Under the pieces are notes generated by a model. It was not told the DNA's origin. It worked only from the letters and a program-made list of their open reading frames with translations, and made no database searches. A program made the position numbers and the translations under genes. From Sphingomonadales bacterium (GTDB lineage Bacteria; Pseudomonadota; Alphaproteobacteria; Sphingomonadales; Sphingomonadaceae), in assembly GCA_031409315.1 (NCBI GenBank), contig JANNWX010000099.1, positions 3,254-67,253 of the forward strand: a DNA stretch of 64,000 nt. The letters run 5' to 3'. Below, piece after piece: positions 7,530 to 18,740 of the stretch; positions within the stretch are counted from its first letter, which is position 1; every line of letters starts with the position of its first letter.

Positions 7530-7616
7530 TCTAACTATAGTTTTATCTATTGACTTTCCTATAGTGTAGGCTATTCACTTCCCATCGCCGGACGATCCGG
7601 CTTTGGAGAACTTGCC

Positions 7617-7787
7617 ATGTCGGACCTTCTTCGTTTTGAAGAACTTACGCGCGCGCAACGCCGCATACTTGCCGCGAAACTGGACCGTCTGACGGCGCGC
7701 TTCGCCTATGCCGTGATCGCCGCAACCGTCCTGATCTTCGCGGGGCAGGGCGTGCGCTACCTGATCCTGTCGGGGGCGCTGTCATGA
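7617..7787 (+). CDS. Hypothetical small phage membrane protein (56 aa)
   Basis: GGAGAA RBS 7 nt upstream of the start. Hydrophobic C-terminus. Its stop overlaps the next ATG (ATGA). Below the ORF-track cutoff. Confidence 0.5.
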   Translation: MSDLLRFEELTRAQRRILAAKLDRLTARFAYAVIAATVLIFAGQGVRYLILSGALS

Positions 7788-7960
7788 AGCGCAAAGTCGT
7801 GAACATGCGGATCAGCGTCACGGTCCCCGCCGACATGTCCGCCGCCGCCGCGCGCCGGAAAGTGCGCTATTTGATCAAAGACGGATCGGGCTGGGAACGC
7901 CCTGAAGACGTGACGGTCCGGTCCGTTCGCCCAGCCGGGCGGGAAGGGGCGCTGTCATGA
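7784..7960 (+). CDS. Hypothetical phage protein (58 aa)
   Basis: ATGA overlaps at both ends. Confidence 0.45.
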   Translation: MKRKVVNMRISVTVPADMSAAAARRKVRYLIKDGSGWERPEDVTVRSVRPAGREGALS

Positions 7961-8082
7961 TCCAGATCGTCGAAGTCCGCGAAGCCTATGGTTCCGATTT
8001 CTATGTCTATCAGGGCGAACGCCTTGTCCGTGTCTGCCCTTCAATCTGCATGGCGCGCGAAGTCGCGGCGGGGCTGCTCTAA
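7957..8082 (+). CDS. Hypothetical phage protein (41 aa)
   Basis: ATGA overlap upstream and TAATG overlap downstream. Confidence 0.35.
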   Translation: MIQIVEVREAYGSDFYVYQGERLVRVCPSICMAREVAAGLL

Positions 8083-8354
8083 TGGGCGGCGTCCGCACAA
8101 TGGCGGCGTGCATGGAAGCCGCTGAACGCGCCGCGCGGTCAAGCGTCGTCGCCTTCCCGATCCCAGCCGCGCGGGTTCCTGTTTACGGGACAGCGCCCCG
8201 CCTGAACCCCGTCTTTATCGAAGGGCACGGCGACGCTTGCCCAAGCTGCAATATCCGCGCGTGGTATGTTGGACGCGTTACGGCCGAATGCGCCGCATGT
8301 GGCACTGTCCTTCCCGTTGTCCATGCCAATAAATTCAGGGACGCCGGGCTATGA
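8082..8354 (+). CDS. Hypothetical phage zinc-ribbon protein
   Basis: CPSC...CAAC motif, within the chain of coupled ORFs. Confidence 0.5.
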   Translation: MGGVRTMAACMEAAERAARSSVVAFPIPAARVPVYGTAPRLNPVFIEGHGDACPSCNIRAWYVGRVTAECAACGTVLPVVHANKFRDAGL

Positions 8355-8502
8355 ACGCCAGACTGGGCCGCGACCTGTTCCGCCTTTCGGTGTTGGCGGC
8401 ACCTTTCATATATGTGAGCAATATATCGAAAGCCGCCGACACTGGATCATCTGCGGGCGCTTGGCCAACCTATCCGGCGGCACACAATATCAGGACCAGA
8501 CC

Positions 8503-8760
8503 ATGACTGAACAGGAAAACCGCCTTTACGCGGTCAATCTAATGAACCGCGCGGACGTCGCCTTCGACGTGCGTGACATTGCCGTCGTCGGCAAGATCAT
8601 TCCGGTTCTGGAAGCGGACGTCGCCGACTGGCTGTCCAGCCAGCTTCGCGGAACCGTGTCGCGCGAACAGATTGTCGCCGCCGTCCGCGCGGGATCGCAC
8701 CGTCCCGAACTGCCCCCGGTCAAGCCGGCCGCCGCGTCGCTGGAAGGGAACCTGAAATGA
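8503..8760 (+). CDS. Hypothetical phage protein
   Basis: The internal Met MTEQENRLYAV was chosen as the start. Its stop overlaps the next start. Confidence 0.45.
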   Translation: MTEQENRLYAVNLMNRADVAFDVRDIAVVGKIIPVLEADVADWLSSQLRGTVSREQIVAAVRAGSHRPELPPVKPAAASLEGNLK

Positions 8761-8963
8761 CGGACCATATCCGCTTCACCGTTGCGGAAAGCAACGCGGG
8801 CTGGGCGATCTTTCACCAAGCGCCGCCGACCGAACATGGCGACGGCAAGCGTTCGCTTTCGCTGAAATTCCCGGCGCTGATCGCCAGCGAATATCTGAAC
8901 GAACCGGCTGAAATGCTTGCCGGGATTGCTCAAATTCTGAACCAGCACTGGAACGAAGAATGA
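8757..8963 (+). CDS. Hypothetical phage protein
   Basis: ORF with 4-nt overlaps at both ends. Confidence 0.45.
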   Translation: MTDHIRFTVAESNAGWAIFHQAPPTEHGDGKRSLSLKFPALIASEYLNEPAEMLAGIAQILNQHWNEE

Positions 8964-9511
8964 CGGACACGCGGATCATGCTGGCGTCGGGCTTTCAGGT
9001 GGAAGTCGATAGATGGATGGACGCATGTTTCGGTGCGGCAATCAAAGATGATCAGCTTGAACGCGGCGACCGCTTCATTGAAGAAGCCCTTGAACTGGTC
9101 CAGACAATGAGCGGCTTCAGCGCCGAACGCGCCCTTGCCCTAGTCGATTATGTCTTCAGTCGTCCCGTCGGCGAGCCATTCCAAGAAGTCGGCGGAGTCA
9201 TGGTGACGCTGGCTGCGCTATGCAACACCGCCAATCTTGACATTCACGTCGCCGCCGTGACTGAACTAGCGCGCGTCTGGACGAAGATCGAAACGATCCG
9301 GGCGAAGCAAGCCACAAAGCCGAAAGGCTCCGCCCTTCCGGTCGCTCCCAATAACGCCTTCCCGCCCGACGTTCAGCGCCTTGTGATCGCCGCGCGGATT
9401 GTCGCGTTCGAAGATCAATCGGCGGAAGCCCTTCGCGAATTGGATCAGGCAAGCGAAGCCTTTGCGGACCGCGTTCCTTGGGAAGACGAACCTGAAGGGG
9501 CGTCGTCGTGA
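8960..9511 (+). CDS. MazG-like nucleotide pyrophosphohydrolase domain protein
   Basis: W.DACFG....DQLERGDRFIEEALELVQ...ALVDYVFSRPVGEPFQEVGGVMVTLAALC fits the phage MazG-like helical pattern (ER..R..EE..EL.Q ... GE...E.G). Confidence 0.5.
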   Translation: MTDTRIMLASGFQVEVDRWMDACFGAAIKDDQLERGDRFIEEALELVQTMSGFSAERALALVDYVFSRPVGEPFQEVGGVMVTLAALCNTANLDIHVAAVTELARVWTKIETIRAKQATKPKGSALPVAPNNAFPPDVQRLVIAARIVAFEDQSAEALRELDQASEAFADRVPWEDEPEGASS

Positions 9512-10104
9512 TCCCGGCGCGGGAAGCCCTTGCCGTCATGCTGGACAGCGTGAAGATGGCAGACGTGAAGGTCTCCACGGGTGAAGGCGGACAGGACGTC
9601 GCCGGGCAACCGTGCCCGGACAGCGCCGGGGCTGTCTTCAGCCAGGACGAAGACTTCCGCTATTTGCTTTGGCGCATTTGGAACCCGAACCGCCCGTTCT
9701 GGTCCTTCGGAATGCTGAACCCTTCGACCGCCGATCACATGAAGCTGGACCCTACGGTCAAGCGGTGTTGCCTTCGCGCCCTGAACGGCGGCGCTGGCGG
9801 GCTGATCGTCTGGAACCTGTTCGCATGGCGCGCGACCGATCCGGCCGCAATGAAGCGCGTCGCCGATCCCGTCGGACCCTTCAATGACGAAGCGACCCGA
9901 CTGGCGGTCGCCGCGTCGGCGCTGAACATTGCCGCATGGGGATCGCACGGCGTCCACCGCGAACGCGAACATAGGGTCCGGGCGGCACTGGGGCGGGATC
10001 AGGTTCCGCTTCACGCGCTGGCGTTCACCGCGACCGGGCTTCCCCGGCATCCCCTCTATCTGTCCTTCGACCTTCAGCCCCAGCCGTGGAAGTTCTGGGA
10101 ATGA
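9508..10104 (+). CDS. DUF1643 domain protein
   Basis: FRYLLWRIW...FGMLNPSTAD...DPTVKRC...GLIVWNLFAWRATDP...AAWG...TGLPRHPLYL matches the DUF1643 signature. Confidence 0.7.
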   Translation: MIPAREALAVMLDSVKMADVKVSTGEGGQDVAGQPCPDSAGAVFSQDEDFRYLLWRIWNPNRPFWSFGMLNPSTADHMKLDPTVKRCCLRALNGGAGGLIVWNLFAWRATDPAAMKRVADPVGPFNDEATRLAVAASALNIAAWGSHGVHREREHRVRAALGRDQVPLHALAFTATGLPRHPLYLSFDLQPQPWKFWE

Positions 10105-10481
10105 TCGCCTTCGCTGAAGGTCTTCGCCGCTTGCTGGCGGGCACCGCGCCGGACGGAAGCCCGGTCGCAATGTATCGTGCGGACCTTCAGGGGCTGGGCG
10201 ACGCGACTGACAGCTTCTATTCCCCGTGTCGGACCGGCTTGCACCTATGCGGCGCGACTGACGACGGCGACCAGCCGACGACAATGGGGAACTGGGAACT
10301 GTCCCCAGCCGACGCCAGACTGGCGTTCAAATGGATCACGGATCGGCTTGACGAAGTGCCGGTCGAACAAGCCGACTTCATTCTGGACCTTCAGGTGAAC
10401 GACGATTGCGCCGACGGGCTGGCGTGCAATCGCCAGCAACTGGTCGCCCTGCTATCCCGCTGTGAGGCGGAAGGCGTGTAA
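10101..10481 (+). CDS. Hypothetical phage protein
   Basis: The ATG at 10101 overlaps the previous stop (ATGA). Confidence 0.45.
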   Translation: MIAFAEGLRRLLAGTAPDGSPVAMYRADLQGLGDATDSFYSPCRTGLHLCGATDDGDQPTTMGNWELSPADARLAFKWITDRLDEVPVEQADFILDLQVNDDCADGLACNRQQLVALLSRCEAEGV

Positions 10482-10633
10482 TGGACGCGAAGCGCCCCGT
10501 GGACCCTTCAGTCGCCGACTTTGTGAAGGCGCTTGCGCGGGCGAACGCGGCGCGCGATATTGCGCGTTTGAAAGAAAAGGATGGAAGACCGCATGAAGTC
10601 GCTGGAAGATCGTGCATGGCTGGAACTGGCTGA
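10481..10633 (+). CDS. Hypothetical 50-aa ORF (uncertain)
   Basis: TAATG overlap with the upstream stop. It overlaps the next ORF by 53 nt in another frame. Confidence 0.25.
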   Translation: MDAKRPVDPSVADFVKALARANAARDIARLKEKDGRPHEVAGRSCMAGTG

Positions 10634-10789
10634 AGAACTTTCTTTGCCAGCCGCCGCGCGTCCGCGACTGGAAGGAACGGGTCTATTCCAGCGGCGTGTT
10701 GCCAATATCGCCTTGCGTGATTTCTTCGCAGCATTGCGCGCCGCGCCGCCTTTCACTTGGATCGACCGGCTTTTGACGCGGTGCGATCC

Positions 10790-10793
<4 letters not shown>
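10581..10793 (+). CDS. Hypothetical protein immediately upstream of the integrase (candidate directionality factor)
   Basis: 70 aa. Its stop overlaps the recombinase ATG (ATGA). The function is only a positional guess. Confidence 0.4.
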
Positions 10794-12495
<1,702 letters not shown>

Positions 12496-12518
12496 TCTGG
12501 CGTCTAGCGCGGGACGGA

Positions 12519-13988
12519 TCACCGCGCGGGAAGCGGGCGCTTAGCAACGGTCGCGCGGCTTGGCAAGCCTTGTGGCGCATAGAGCGACCAGCTTTGCCCC
12601 GATGGGCCAATCGCGTCAGCATGGGCGATCAAGCGCCAGCCGTCGCCGCAGCGTGTGGCATATGCCAGCGCGGGTGCGCCGCGTTCGCGTTCGACAAACC
12701 AATAGTCCGCTTCAGCGCAGCTTACTGCCACCACCTTCAGCTGGCGTGATTGTTGGGCCGCCGCCACCTCAAGCACGGCCCGTGCGCGCGCATTGTCAAT
12801 CGCCACCCGACTGATTGCTGGGGGCTGTGAGGCCATATGCGCAACCGCCTGCTCACTATGGCCGCGCTGGTTTACGATAAGCTGTCTGATCTGCAGAAGC
12901 GAACCGCCGATCCAGATGATGATCAGCGCCCAACCTAACCAGCGTCGCCAAGTGGCAGCCGCGATCAAAGCCCCAATCCGGTCGCCTGCAAAAAGCAGGA
13001 TACCCAGCGAAACCAGTAAATAATATCTGGAAAACTGGCTGTTTCCGGGCTGCATGACAAGGACGATCAGCGGCATCGCAAATATCAGCAAGGCATAGAG
13101 CCAAAGCCTTTGCCCCACTGGCGTGCGCTGCACCATCATCAGCCCGAACAACATGGCAGCCAAAACCAGCGTCAGAACGGATGCAGCACCAAACGCGCCG
13201 ATACCCGTTGTCATTCCGGTGAGTTCGGTGATGGCGCCGAAGAACAAGGTGGGCGTGAATGGGGTGTGGCTACCGACGGTCAGTCCGCCTGCAACGGAAT
13301 AGGCGCTGCCCAGAATTACGGCGATGATAGTGCCGCTGACAATCGCTGCGGGCGCAAGGACACGGAAAACGTCACGAGTTGCCCGTTTGAAGCCCTTATC
13401 GCGCAAAATTGCTAGCCAGGACCACATGGCCAGGAGCGCCAATGCCGGAGCCATCATCAGATGCGATACTGTTCCAAGGCCCGCGATAAGCGCCAAACTG
13501 TCCCCCGGAGGCGGCCTTGACATATCATCGAGCCAATCATCCAGAACAACAATCGAACACATCACGGCAAGCACCATCGGCGCATAACCACGTGCTTCCG
13601 AACCATAGAGGACCATGATCGGAGCAAAGGCAAACAGGCTTGCAGTCGTCAGTGCAGCCGGGACGCTGCGTTTCAGGCCAAACCAAGCCGAAACGATGAT
13701 CGTCGCCGTTCCCGTGGCGATTGCAAGCGCACGCATGACCAGCGGCGGCGCTGTTTCGCAGACCAATTGCAACCATAAGGTCGTCAGATGGTGATTATTA
13801 TCATGGTGTATACTGGAAAAAACCCCCAGGAATGGGGATGCGTCTTTGGCAAATTTGGCCGACCACGCCTCGTCCATCCACATGCCCCCGGTCGCCGCCA
13901 GGATACGCGCCGTCAATCCGGCAACGACAATGGTTCCCAGTATTGCCCAAACACGGGGCGAAAGACGGTGAATGGCAAGGCGCGTCAT
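12519..13988 (-). CDS. Polytopic membrane glycosyltransferase, GT39/ArnT-like (GT-C fold)
   Basis: About 11 hydrophobic segments. N-terminal loop motif WMDEAWS. C-terminal soluble domain. Confidence 0.5.
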   Translation of the reverse strand: MTRLAIHRLSPRVWAILGTIVVAGLTARILAATGGMWMDEAWSAKFAKDASPFLGVFSSIHHDNNHHLTTLWLQLVCETAPPLVMRALAIATGTATIIVSAWFGLKRSVPAALTTASLFAFAPIMVLYGSEARGYAPMVLAVMCSIVVLDDWLDDMSRPPPGDSLALIAGLGTVSHLMMAPALALLAMWSWLAILRDKGFKRATRDVFRVLAPAAIVSGTIIAVILGSAYSVAGGLTVGSHTPFTPTLFFGAITELTGMTTGIGAFGAASVLTLVLAAMLFGLMMVQRTPVGQRLWLYALLIFAMPLIVLVMQPGNSQFSRYYLLVSLGILLFAGDRIGALIAAATWRRWLGWALIIIWIGGSLLQIRQLIVNQRGHSEQAVAHMASQPPAISRVAIDNARARAVLEVAAAQQSRQLKVVAVSCAEADYWFVERERGAPALAYATRCGDGWRLIAHADAIGPSGQSWSLYAPQGLPSRATVAKRPLPAR

Positions 13989-14103
13989 GCCGTTTGCCTA
14001 GCGTTTCTTGGTTAATCTCGGTTTAAGACATGGTATATAAAGTCAGGACTTGCCACCGTCGCCGTCTAATCCCACATAGGCTTTGCAATCAAGGGAGGTA
14101 GTT

Positions 14104-15015
14104 TTGGCAAGTCTGGGGATGAGCGCGGCAGAAAAAGAGGCGGTCGACGCTTTCAAGCGGGACGTGATCGAACCGTCAATGACCAAGCTTGTTATCCTGG
14201 ACTTCTGGGCCGAATGGTGTGGACCGTGCAAGGCCTTGTCACCCGTCCTTGAAAAAGTCGCGGCCGATTACAGTGACAAGGGAGTCATGCTCGCCAAGGT
14301 GAATGTCGATGAAAATAAGCTCATCGCCTCACAATTCCGGGTCCAGTCGATCCCCACAGTCTATGCCATTTTTCAAGGGCAGCTTGTTGCGGACCTAACG
14401 CCAGCGCGCACGGAGGCTCAATTGGTCAAGATGATCGACCAGATCTTGAAGCAAGTGCCTGTGCAAGGCGAGGCTCAAGCGCTTGAGCAAGAAATTGAAC
14501 CGCTGATCCAGATGGGCGAAGACGTGCTTGCGGCGGGCGATACCGAACGGGCAGTGGCCATATTTTCGCAGATTGTTGAGATGGCGCCTGAAAACATGAC
14601 AGCTTTGGCGGGACTGGCGCGGGCCCTGATTGCTGCGGGGCGGATCGACGAAGCGGCGACAACCTTAAGCGCACTCAATGCCGATCAGGCAAAGGACGCG
14701 GCAATCGTGCGGGCACAGTCAGCATTGGCGTTAGCAAACGAGGCTTTGCCCGCCGATGACCTGCGCGGATTGATCGCCACGGTCGCTGCCAATCCTAATG
14801 ATTTTGAGGCACGGCTGGCGCTTGCTGGCGGACTGATGGCTGCGGGTGACCGCGACAGTGCGGCTGATCATCTGCTTGCCATCATTGCGGCAGATCGTGA
14901 CTGGAATGACGGCGCTGCCCGCACACAATTGCTCCGGATGTTTGATGCGGTTGGGGTCGAAGATCCCTGGGTCAGTGCGCAACGCCGTCGCTTATCGGCG
15001 GTGTTGTTCACATGA
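14104..15015 (+). CDS. Thioredoxin-domain/TPR co-chaperone (YbbN-like)
   Basis: FWAEWCGPCK thioredoxin motif plus a TPR-like C-terminal half. TTG start at 14104, 5 nt after GGGAGG; ATG 14119 is the alternative. Confidence 0.8.
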   Translation: MASLGMSAAEKEAVDAFKRDVIEPSMTKLVILDFWAEWCGPCKALSPVLEKVAADYSDKGVMLAKVNVDENKLIASQFRVQSIPTVYAIFQGQLVADLTPARTEAQLVKMIDQILKQVPVQGEAQALEQEIEPLIQMGEDVLAAGDTERAVAIFSQIVEMAPENMTALAGLARALIAAGRIDEAATTLSALNADQAKDAAIVRAQSALALANEALPADDLRGLIATVAANPNDFEARLALAGGLMAAGDRDSAADHLLAIIAADRDWNDGAARTQLLRMFDAVGVEDPWVSAQRRRLSAVLFT

Positions 15016-15650
15016 GCGTCAAAGTGGGAACCCGACTGTCAATTTTTCCGCTGTCGGGCGCGTTGCTGTTCCCGCGGATGCACCTGCCCTTGCATGTTTT
15101 TGAGCCGCGTTATCGCGCACTGGTCAGCGACGCGATTGCGCGGGATCGCCGGATTGGGTTGATCCAGCCGCGCACCAACACTGGGGGACATAAGGGCCAA
15201 AAGCAGGCTTTATTCTCGGTTGGTTGCATCGGCAAAATTGCTCAGGTCGAAACGGTCGATGATGGCCGGTTCAACATTGTCCTTGAGGGGCTGTCGCTGT
15301 TCCGGACCATCAGCGAGCTTGAAGTGACAACCCCGTTTCGCCAGTTGGAAGTCGTGCCGATAGAGAATGAAGCCGAGGATCAGCTGCTCGCTATTGCCGA
15401 ACGTGCAGCGCTAGAACAGGAATCGCGCCGCTTTGCCGATGCGCAGGGTTACGCGGTCGATTGGGAGTCAGTGACCCGGCTTGACGATGAGGCTCTGGTC
15501 AACGGCATTGCACAGATTGCGCCGTTTGATGCCGCTGCGAAACAAGCCCTGCTGGAAGCGCCCAACATTTCGGCGCGCTCAGAATTGATTATCCAGTTGA
15601 TGCAGTTTTTTGGCCGCCACGACGGCGACGATCGGGTAACTCTTCAATAG
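15012..15650 (+). CDS. LON substrate-binding (N-terminal) domain protein
   Basis: IFPLSGALLFPRMHLPLHVFEPRYRALV signature. This is the usual partner of ybbN in alphaproteobacteria. Confidence 0.8.
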   Translation: MSVKVGTRLSIFPLSGALLFPRMHLPLHVFEPRYRALVSDAIARDRRIGLIQPRTNTGGHKGQKQALFSVGCIGKIAQVETVDDGRFNIVLEGLSLFRTISELEVTTPFRQLEVVPIENEAEDQLLAIAERAALEQESRRFADAQGYAVDWESVTRLDDEALVNGIAQIAPFDAAAKQALLEAPNISARSELIIQLMQFFGRHDGDDRVTLQ

Positions 15651-16973
15651 CTAATCTTTCGATAGCCGGGCGAGTGCGCGGTCGCGGCCGATGAGGGGGA
15701 GCATCGCCTTCATATCTGGGCCGTGGTCAAGGCCGGTCAGGGCGCGGCGTAGCGGCAGAAACAATGCCTTGCCGGCCCGGCCAGTTTGGGCCTTCAATGC
15801 GTTGGTCAGCGCGTGCCACGGATCATCGCTCCAATCCATCGTCGCTACAAGGTGCGCCGCCAGCTCCATAAATTCGCGGTCAGCGGCGTCGGTTTCCGCG
15901 TCGATAGGCCCCTGCACGACTTGCCACCACTCAGCAGCTTCGCTGACTTTGGTCAGGTTCGGGCGGATGGCTTCCCAGGCGGCAGCATCCACTCCTGTTG
16001 GAATCCGACCCTGCACAGCGGTGAAATCGAGGTGATGAACGATTTTTGCGTTAAGTTGGCTCAGTTCTCCGTCATCAAACCGGGCGGGCGCGCGCCCGAA
16101 CCGCGCAAAATCAATTGACGCGATCAGAGGTGCCGGATCGCCGTGGGGTTCCACCGGATCGCTGGTCCCCAATCGCGCCAGCAAACTGACCAGCGCCATC
16201 GGTTCGGTCCCTTGTTCGCGGAAAGCATCCATGCCGAGCGATCCGAGCCGTTTTGATAATTTGCCCTCGGTGCCGACAAGTAAAGCCTCATGCGCGAATG
16301 TCGGCGGCGCGGCCCCGAGTGCTGCAAACATCTGGATTTGCGTCGCGGTGTTGGTGACATGATCCTCGCCGCGCACAACGTGGGTGACGTCCATGTCGAC
16401 ATCGTCAATCGCCGACGGCAGCATGTAAAGCCACGACCCATCGGCGCGGCGGATGACCGGATCAGACAGTAGTTTCGGGTCAAAATGTTGCGGCCCGCGC
16501 ACAAGATCGGCCCATTCAATCGCCGTTTCATGGTCTAGCCGGAAACGCCAATGAGGCGCGCGTTGTTCGGGAACAGGGCCGTCTGTCGGCAGCCGTTCGT
16601 ATACCGGCGGCAACCCCCGCCCAAGCAGAATTTTCCGGCGCAAGTCTAATTCTTCGGGCGTTTCATAGCAGGCATAAACGCGCCCAGACGCCAGCAACGC
16701 TGCGAAATGCGCTTCATACAAAGCAAAGCGCGCCGATTGCCGTTCTTCACCGTCCCAATCTAGTCCGAGCCAAGCAAGATCAGCCCTTATGCCGGTGACA
16801 AATTCCTCCTTAGACCGTTCGAGATCAGTATCGTCGATCCGCAGCAGAAAGCGCCCGCCATGTTTCTTCGCCCACATCCAGTTGTGGAGCGCTGTGCGGA
16901 TGTTTCCGACATGGAGATTGCCCGTCGGCGACGGTGCAAATCTTGTTACGACAGGGCGAATGGTGATGGTCAT
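15651..16973 (-). CDS. gltX: Glutamate--tRNA ligase (short form)
   Basis: VVTRFAPSPTGNLHVGNIRTAL (HIGH region) and KLSKR (KMSKS equivalent). Confidence 0.9.
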   Translation of the reverse strand: MTITIRPVVTRFAPSPTGNLHVGNIRTALHNWMWAKKHGGRFLLRIDDTDLERSKEEFVTGIRADLAWLGLDWDGEERQSARFALYEAHFAALLASGRVYACYETPEELDLRRKILLGRGLPPVYERLPTDGPVPEQRAPHWRFRLDHETAIEWADLVRGPQHFDPKLLSDPVIRRADGSWLYMLPSAIDDVDMDVTHVVRGEDHVTNTATQIQMFAALGAAPPTFAHEALLVGTEGKLSKRLGSLGMDAFREQGTEPMALVSLLARLGTSDPVEPHGDPAPLIASIDFARFGRAPARFDDGELSQLNAKIVHHLDFTAVQGRIPTGVDAAAWEAIRPNLTKVSEAAEWWQVVQGPIDAETDAADREFMELAAHLVATMDWSDDPWHALTNALKAQTGRAGKALFLPLRRALTGLDHGPDMKAMLPLIGRDRALARLSKD

Positions 16974-18625
16974 GCTGTCCTGAATGCATTTGTAATGGGA
17001 TAGCGGCGGTCACGGCCGAAATTGCGTTTGCCGAGCTTGACGCCTGGCGGGGCCTGCCGTCTTTTATATTCCGCCGTATATAACAGCCGTTCGATCCGGG
17101 CGACGGTTTCGCGGTCAAATCCGCGCGCTGCCAAGGCGTCGACGGACAATTCTTCTTCAACCAGCCCCATCAGGATCGGGTCTAGGACTGGATAATCTGG
17201 TAGACTGTCAGAATCTTTCTGATCGGGCCGCAGTTCCGCGCTGGGCGGCTTGGTGATGATCGTTTCGGGCATGACGGGGCCATCGGGACCAAGGCCAAGG
17301 CGCGGTTTGTTGTCGTTACGCCAACGGGCGAGCGCGAACACCGTCATTTTATAGGCATCCTTGATCGGATTATAGCCGCCCGCCATATCGCCATAGATTG
17401 TGGCATAGCCGACGCTCATTTCGCTTTTGTTGCCGGTCGTCACCAGCATCGGGCCGAATTTGTTGGAGAGCGCCATCAATGTAACGCCCCTGATCCGAGA
17501 CTGGATATTTTCTTCGGTCAAATCCACATCTTTGTCGGCAAAAGAGCCTGACAGCATGACGTCAAATGCATCAACAGCAGGCGCAATCGGGATCGTATCG
17601 AGGCGGCACCCTATCATTCGCGCACAGGCCGCCGCATCATCGAGCGAAGCCTTTGACGTATAGCGCGACGGCAACATGACACTCCAAACCCGGTCCGGCC
17701 CCAGCGCATCCGCCGCAATCGCCGCGCAAATCGCCGAATCGATCCCGCCTGACAAGCCGAGGATGACGCCGGAAAAACGGTTGCTATTCACATAATCGCG
17801 TAAACCAATCATCATCGCATGATAGACATCAGCCGGATGGGGATCGAGCGTGGCAACCGGCCCGCGCGCGCACGTCCAGCCTGTCGGCCCCTGTGACCAA
17901 TGGGTGATCGCCACCGCCTCTTCCCAATCGGGCATCTGGTGCGCGACCGATCCGTCGCCGTTGAGAACGAAACTCGCCCCGTCAAAGACCAATTCATCCT
18001 GCCCGCCAACCCGGTTGAGATAGGCGAGCGCCAGCCCGGTTTCGGCAACCCGCGCGCCGCCCACCTTGGCAGAGCGGAATTCATCCTTGTCTATTTCATA
18101 GGGGCTGCCGTTCAAGGCGAGGATGAAGGCCGCCCCTTGTGCCTTCAAATGGGCGCAGACAGATGGAAACCAGATGTCTTCACAAATGGGCACGCCGATC
18201 TTCAACCCGCGAAAATCAATCGGCGCGGGCAAAGGCCCGGCATCAAAATAACGCTTTTCATCGAATGTGCCGTAATTAGGCAGTTCATGTTTGTAGCGCA
18301 TCGCCAAGACTGTGCCGCCATCGAGCAACGCAACTGCATTATACAGCCTGTCGCCGTCGCGGTGGAGCGTCCCAACCAGCATGGCGGGGCCGCCGTCCGC
18401 CGTAGCCGCAGCCATGCGAGCAAGCTCTGTCGCTGCCCGCGCCGCCAGCGCTGGTTTTTCGATCATGTCTTCCGCAGGGTAGCCGATCAGCTGCATTTCG
18501 GGGAAGATGATCAGATCAACACCGCCCGCCCCGGCCCGCGTGGCCAGCATCGTGTCGGCATTACCCGCAAGATCGCCGACGCGCTGCGACATTTGGGCAA
18601 GGGCAATGGTCAGGCAATCCGTCAT
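16970..18625 (-). CDS. nadE: Glutamine-dependent NAD+ synthetase
   Basis: N-terminal nitrilase-like domain (LTIALAQM...FPEMQLIGYP) plus the synthetase domain SGGIDS P-loop. The start is trimmed to MTDCLT. Confidence 0.9.
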   Translation of the reverse strand: MTDCLTIALAQMSQRVGDLAGNADTMLATRAGAGGVDLIIFPEMQLIGYPAEDMIEKPALAARAATELARMAAATADGGPAMLVGTLHRDGDRLYNAVALLDGGTVLAMRYKHELPNYGTFDEKRYFDAGPLPAPIDFRGLKIGVPICEDIWFPSVCAHLKAQGAAFILALNGSPYEIDKDEFRSAKVGGARVAETGLALAYLNRVGGQDELVFDGASFVLNGDGSVAHQMPDWEEAVAITHWSQGPTGWTCARGPVATLDPHPADVYHAMMIGLRDYVNSNRFSGVILGLSGGIDSAICAAIAADALGPDRVWSVMLPSRYTSKASLDDAAACARMIGCRLDTIPIAPAVDAFDVMLSGSFADKDVDLTEENIQSRIRGVTLMALSNKFGPMLVTTGNKSEMSVGYATIYGDMAGGYNPIKDAYKMTVFALARWRNDNKPRLGLGPDGPVMPETIITKPPSAELRPDQKDSDSLPDYPVLDPILMGLVEEELSVDALAARGFDRETVARIERLLYTAEYKRRQAPPGVKLGKRNFGRDRRYPITNAFRTA

Positions 18626-18740
18626 GCCACCGCCCATAAGCATCGGCGGCGATTGCAGCAACCAGTGCGTGTGCGCGCCATACAATTGGGGTTGCTTCGA
18701 CACGCCATGTCAATAAAGTGTCACATTCGGGGAGAGTCTG

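Noticed and set aside
9445-10284. 279-aa minus-strand ORF in the prophage
   Set aside because: It is antisense to the DUF1643 gene and neighbouring plus-strand genes, which form a coupled chain with recognisable domains.
15648-15653. Palindromic TAGCTA formed by abutting convergent stop codons of the LON-domain gene and gltX
   Set aside because: This is a coincidental arrangement of two stop codons. There is no hairpin or repeat context.
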